A stretch of 63,266 nucleotides of DNA, the filler included, from Globobulimina sp. (Eukaryota), in the NCBI GenBank assembly GCA_003354225.1. It is 15 parts of 15 records of this genome, joined end to end, with 100 filler letters (N's around TTAATTAATTAA, not from the genome) between each part and the next. Parts side by side here need not be neighbours in the genome. Positions count along the whole stretch, not along the records: positions 59,149 to 63,266 come from PIVH01001586.1; 14 more parts are not named here. One strand, 5' to 3'. A program made the translations under genes and the position numbers. Of the stretch, positions 60,373-63,266 are shown piece by piece (positions within the stretch are counted from its first letter, which is position 1; each line of letters opens with the position of its first letter). Under the pieces are notes generated by a model. It did not search any database. It was not told where the DNA came from and worked only from the letters and a program-made list of their open reading frames with translations.

Positions 60373-63266
60373 ATGCTCCTCAACAGAATTACCAAATTGA
60401 AGAAGACTAATGTTGCGCGCATGCAGAAGTCAGCGTCGATGATATTGGCGACAGAATTTGTGAATGTCGATTTCGTCATTCATCCTGAATATTATAATAC
60501 CTGTGACTTTGGTGAAGAAGGCAAAGAAGATCAGGACGATATCAGCACGACCAATCAGAATTTGTTGTGTTTGATCGCTACCGAGGCTCGCCAGCAGGCG
60601 GCGGGGCAGATTCGTGGGAGCTTTGCAGGTAACACGTTGACCTCGTATAAGAAAAGCCAGCGGGTGGTGACTATCATCGGCTTGTTGATTATTGAGACGA
60701 TGGCGTGTTTAAAAGAGCCGACCATTATGTTGTTGAAAGATATTGTCGATGAGATACGCGAGTCAGTGGCAGCGTTTCTTGTCGTGAAGAATGCAGATCG
60801 AGCGGAGAATGCGAGGCTGAAGACATTCAAGCACATTAAATATGATAATTTGACGCAGTGGGGATTGGATGAGGTGGCGGCGAAAGAAGTACAGGAAATT
60901 CGCCAAATCTTAGGCTATGTCGCGATCCACAGTGCAACGTTGTTGGGCGCGGCTCCAGAATTCCAGGCCAATGCCAATACGCTTCAGGCAGTGGCGATTC
61001 CATCCATTGTTCCGAGAGATAGTTACATTGCTTTGGCGGCTGAGGCGTTTCAGGCGATTGAGGCGGGCGTCAAAACGCAGATGACATTGTTGCAGCCACC
61101 GCCCAGACCATCTTCACAGGCGCAGGCACCGCAGACGAGGGTGCGTTTAGACCCTCTCGGTGCTGACCGTATTGTTGATCTTTCAGGGGATCAGGAGGCA
61201 GCGAGGGCGCAGCAGCGTGATGTTGTTATGGTGGATAGGGCGAATGAGGAGAAGCTGGATAGCGCGCAGGTGTTGAGTCGTACGATGGGCATTAATACAG
61301 ACCGCTTGGATGCCGATGAAGCCAAGCAGCTGTTGAAGTATCTGAAAAAGTTGAATGATGATTCGAAGTCTGCGATTGTTGCAGAGACGCCTGCCGTTAC
61401 TCCGATGGATGAAATTCGCGACTTTGCCAACTCGCATGGTATTGGCGCTCAGGCGCAGAAATATAAGGTGACCGCCAAGGATAGAAAGGCTGTGGAAGGT
61501 TGGTGTGAGGCGCAAGGATCGAAGCGCGCGATTCATACCACAATGTCTAACAATAATGCCGGCTTAATGGCCATTTTGAAGAATGGTCAGCATGACCAGG
61601 TGACTTTTCAGGCGGCGATCACCCATATTGCAGCAAGTATGTTTGTATGTGTTTGGTTTGGTGTGTGGTTGGTTTGTGTGTGGTTTGTGTATACAAATTT
61701 TGGTTTGTCGTTTGTATTTGAGGCACCATACACTCATTTTACTGTTCGTACGTCTCCGTGTTCTCTTAGGGTTGATGAATAACGCTCTGTATATCCGCGT
61801 ATGTTTGCGCATCGTAAGCGGATGCAAGTGAACGGAATGCAACGTTTTTGGCCTTTGTGCCGCACCTTCATAGTGGCATAGCTATGGTGCAGGCTGTATA
61901 TCTTAAGTGTACGTGTTGTTAGGTTTGCCTGTTTCTGTTGTATTACTCCAATGATAAGCAGATTCAGTGCCGTTTTCCGTGGCCATAATATACATACACA
62001 CACGTTTATGTTTGTGCTTATGAGTTACATCGTGTTATTTGCAACAAATCAATAACATTTATTATGCATTTATTATCATCACATTACTATTAAGATCAAA
62101 TGTTGAATGAGAAGCGCGCGAAATCGGACGGCTTGTTGATTGCGAAAGAAGCAGAATTAAAATTGGCCACCGATGAATGCGTGCATTTGCTTTTAGATGG
62201 ATTTGGGAACTTATTTTATTTGATCAAATTTATGTGGTACAAGTACTGGAAATTCTATCTGCAGTGGGGGCAGACTATCAAAGCGGCGCTAAGGGCTTTT
62301 TTGGCCAAAAAGTCGAACTTTCATGTTTTTTTCACCACGTTTACCGAGCGGATATTTTATATGCTATATCAGAAAGCGACGGCAAGTAAGTATGCGGGAT
62401 TAGTTGGGTTTATTACGCGCAATATCAAGGCTTTTCTAGTTGCCGTGAGTACCAATGTTTGACGTATGATTAACGACAGAGCTATCACGCCAGCGATGTT
62501 CTGGCAGAAATTAGGCATTTTCTTTGAAGTGAATTTGTTTCGTTTTCATAATTCGGAGCGACGACTTTGGTGGAAAGGTGCGGAGTTTGCGCATCAATGG
62601 GATCAAATGAGCAAGTCCGAGGATAAGGTATTGCAAGTCATTCAAAGTGTGCCGGAGGAGTGCCTGGCGGAGTTCAAGCAGTCTATAGTTCGCACGTTTG
62701 GTGCGGCCAACAATTCCATCAATGTCTCCAACACATATCCGACCAATGCCAACCAATATAATAAGCCAATCAGTTGCTTTACGTGTCAGGGTCCTCATTT
62801 TAAACGAAATTGTCCGATTGAATTGCGGCGGCAGTTAAATATCCAAACCAGACGGACCAATCCGAATAACTGGCGGCGTCCCCGTGGCAATGGCAATTAT
62901 AATCGCAATCGAGTTCGCAATCCGAACACCAATAATGGCCAACATTATTATCGTCCGCCACCGATGCCCACTCAACCGAATCTACGACAGCGTGCTAACG
63001 CGCATGCGGGGGGTCAGAACCCTCAGTTCGTGGCACCGCAGCAACCCCGAGGTGCTCCCAATCGTTTCCCGCCTCGACCTACGATTCATGCCAATCAGAA
63101 TAATCATTTGGGTACGAATGCCGGTGGCAGTTATAATCATCATCCATCGGCTATGCGTGCACCGGTTGCCCGTCGAAAGCCGGGAGAGATTCATTATATA
63201 TTGAAACAGGGCCATCATTTCGTGAGACCGGAGACTGTGGGCACACCGCCATGTCGATATTTTGAC
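60373..63266 (+). CDS. Spliced gag-like gene with one in-frame TGA; 3' end beyond the window
   Basis: Exon 60373-61636, phase-1 GT-AG intron 61637-62094, then an exon from 62095 (AA-N-QMLNEKRAKSDG). TGA at 62460-62 is followed in the same frame by RMINDR..QMSKSEDK..CFTCQGPHFKRNC..QGHHF..CRY, open to the window end and missed by the ORF track. Confidence 0.8.

Larger units (their letters stand above)
59149..63266 (+). mobile_element. DIRS-like retrotransposon, copy B: YR followed by a spliced gag (junction between tandem elements or a circle junction)
   Basis: A YR ORF followed by a gag homologous to 13087-14173. Confidence 0.8.

Noticed and set aside
54931-63266. Composite LINE plus YR element
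   Set aside because: The two are separated by an artificial spacer at 59049-59148 and lie on different contigs.

Overview
This is not one locus. It is 15 unrelated contigs of about 4.12-4.13 kb, ordered by decreasing length and joined by an artificial 100-nt spacer (N44-TTAATTAATTAA-N44), so gene neighbourhood across spacers is meaningless. The DNA is AT-rich and eukaryotic, with short GT-AG introns and the standard code. The gene repertoire suggests a protist, probably a foraminiferan/rhizarian (inference). Two contig ends carry bacterial fragments spliced mid-exon into eukaryotic genes, which points to amplification or assembly chimeras. Recognisable host genes are DNA ligase I, CCT5, a Na+/H+ antiporter, two amino-acid transporters, and TPR, PPR-like, SPRY and FAD-oxidoreductase genes. 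Mobile elements are a CRE-like and a CR1-like LINE (both with open ORFs), a spliced DDD-type transposase, and two copies of one DIRS-like tyrosine-recombinase retrotransposon family. The most interesting signals are: (1) an intact ammonium transporter fused to an RGS domain, with a recent tandem duplicate; (2) the DIRS-like family, which has a conserved spliceosomal intron in gag, a SAM-like insertion inside the RT palm, and a YR-to-gag junction; (3) further membrane/signalling fusions (XK-like fused to PI3K, GPCR fused to PIP5K). All domain calls come from motif reading by eye; no database search was run.
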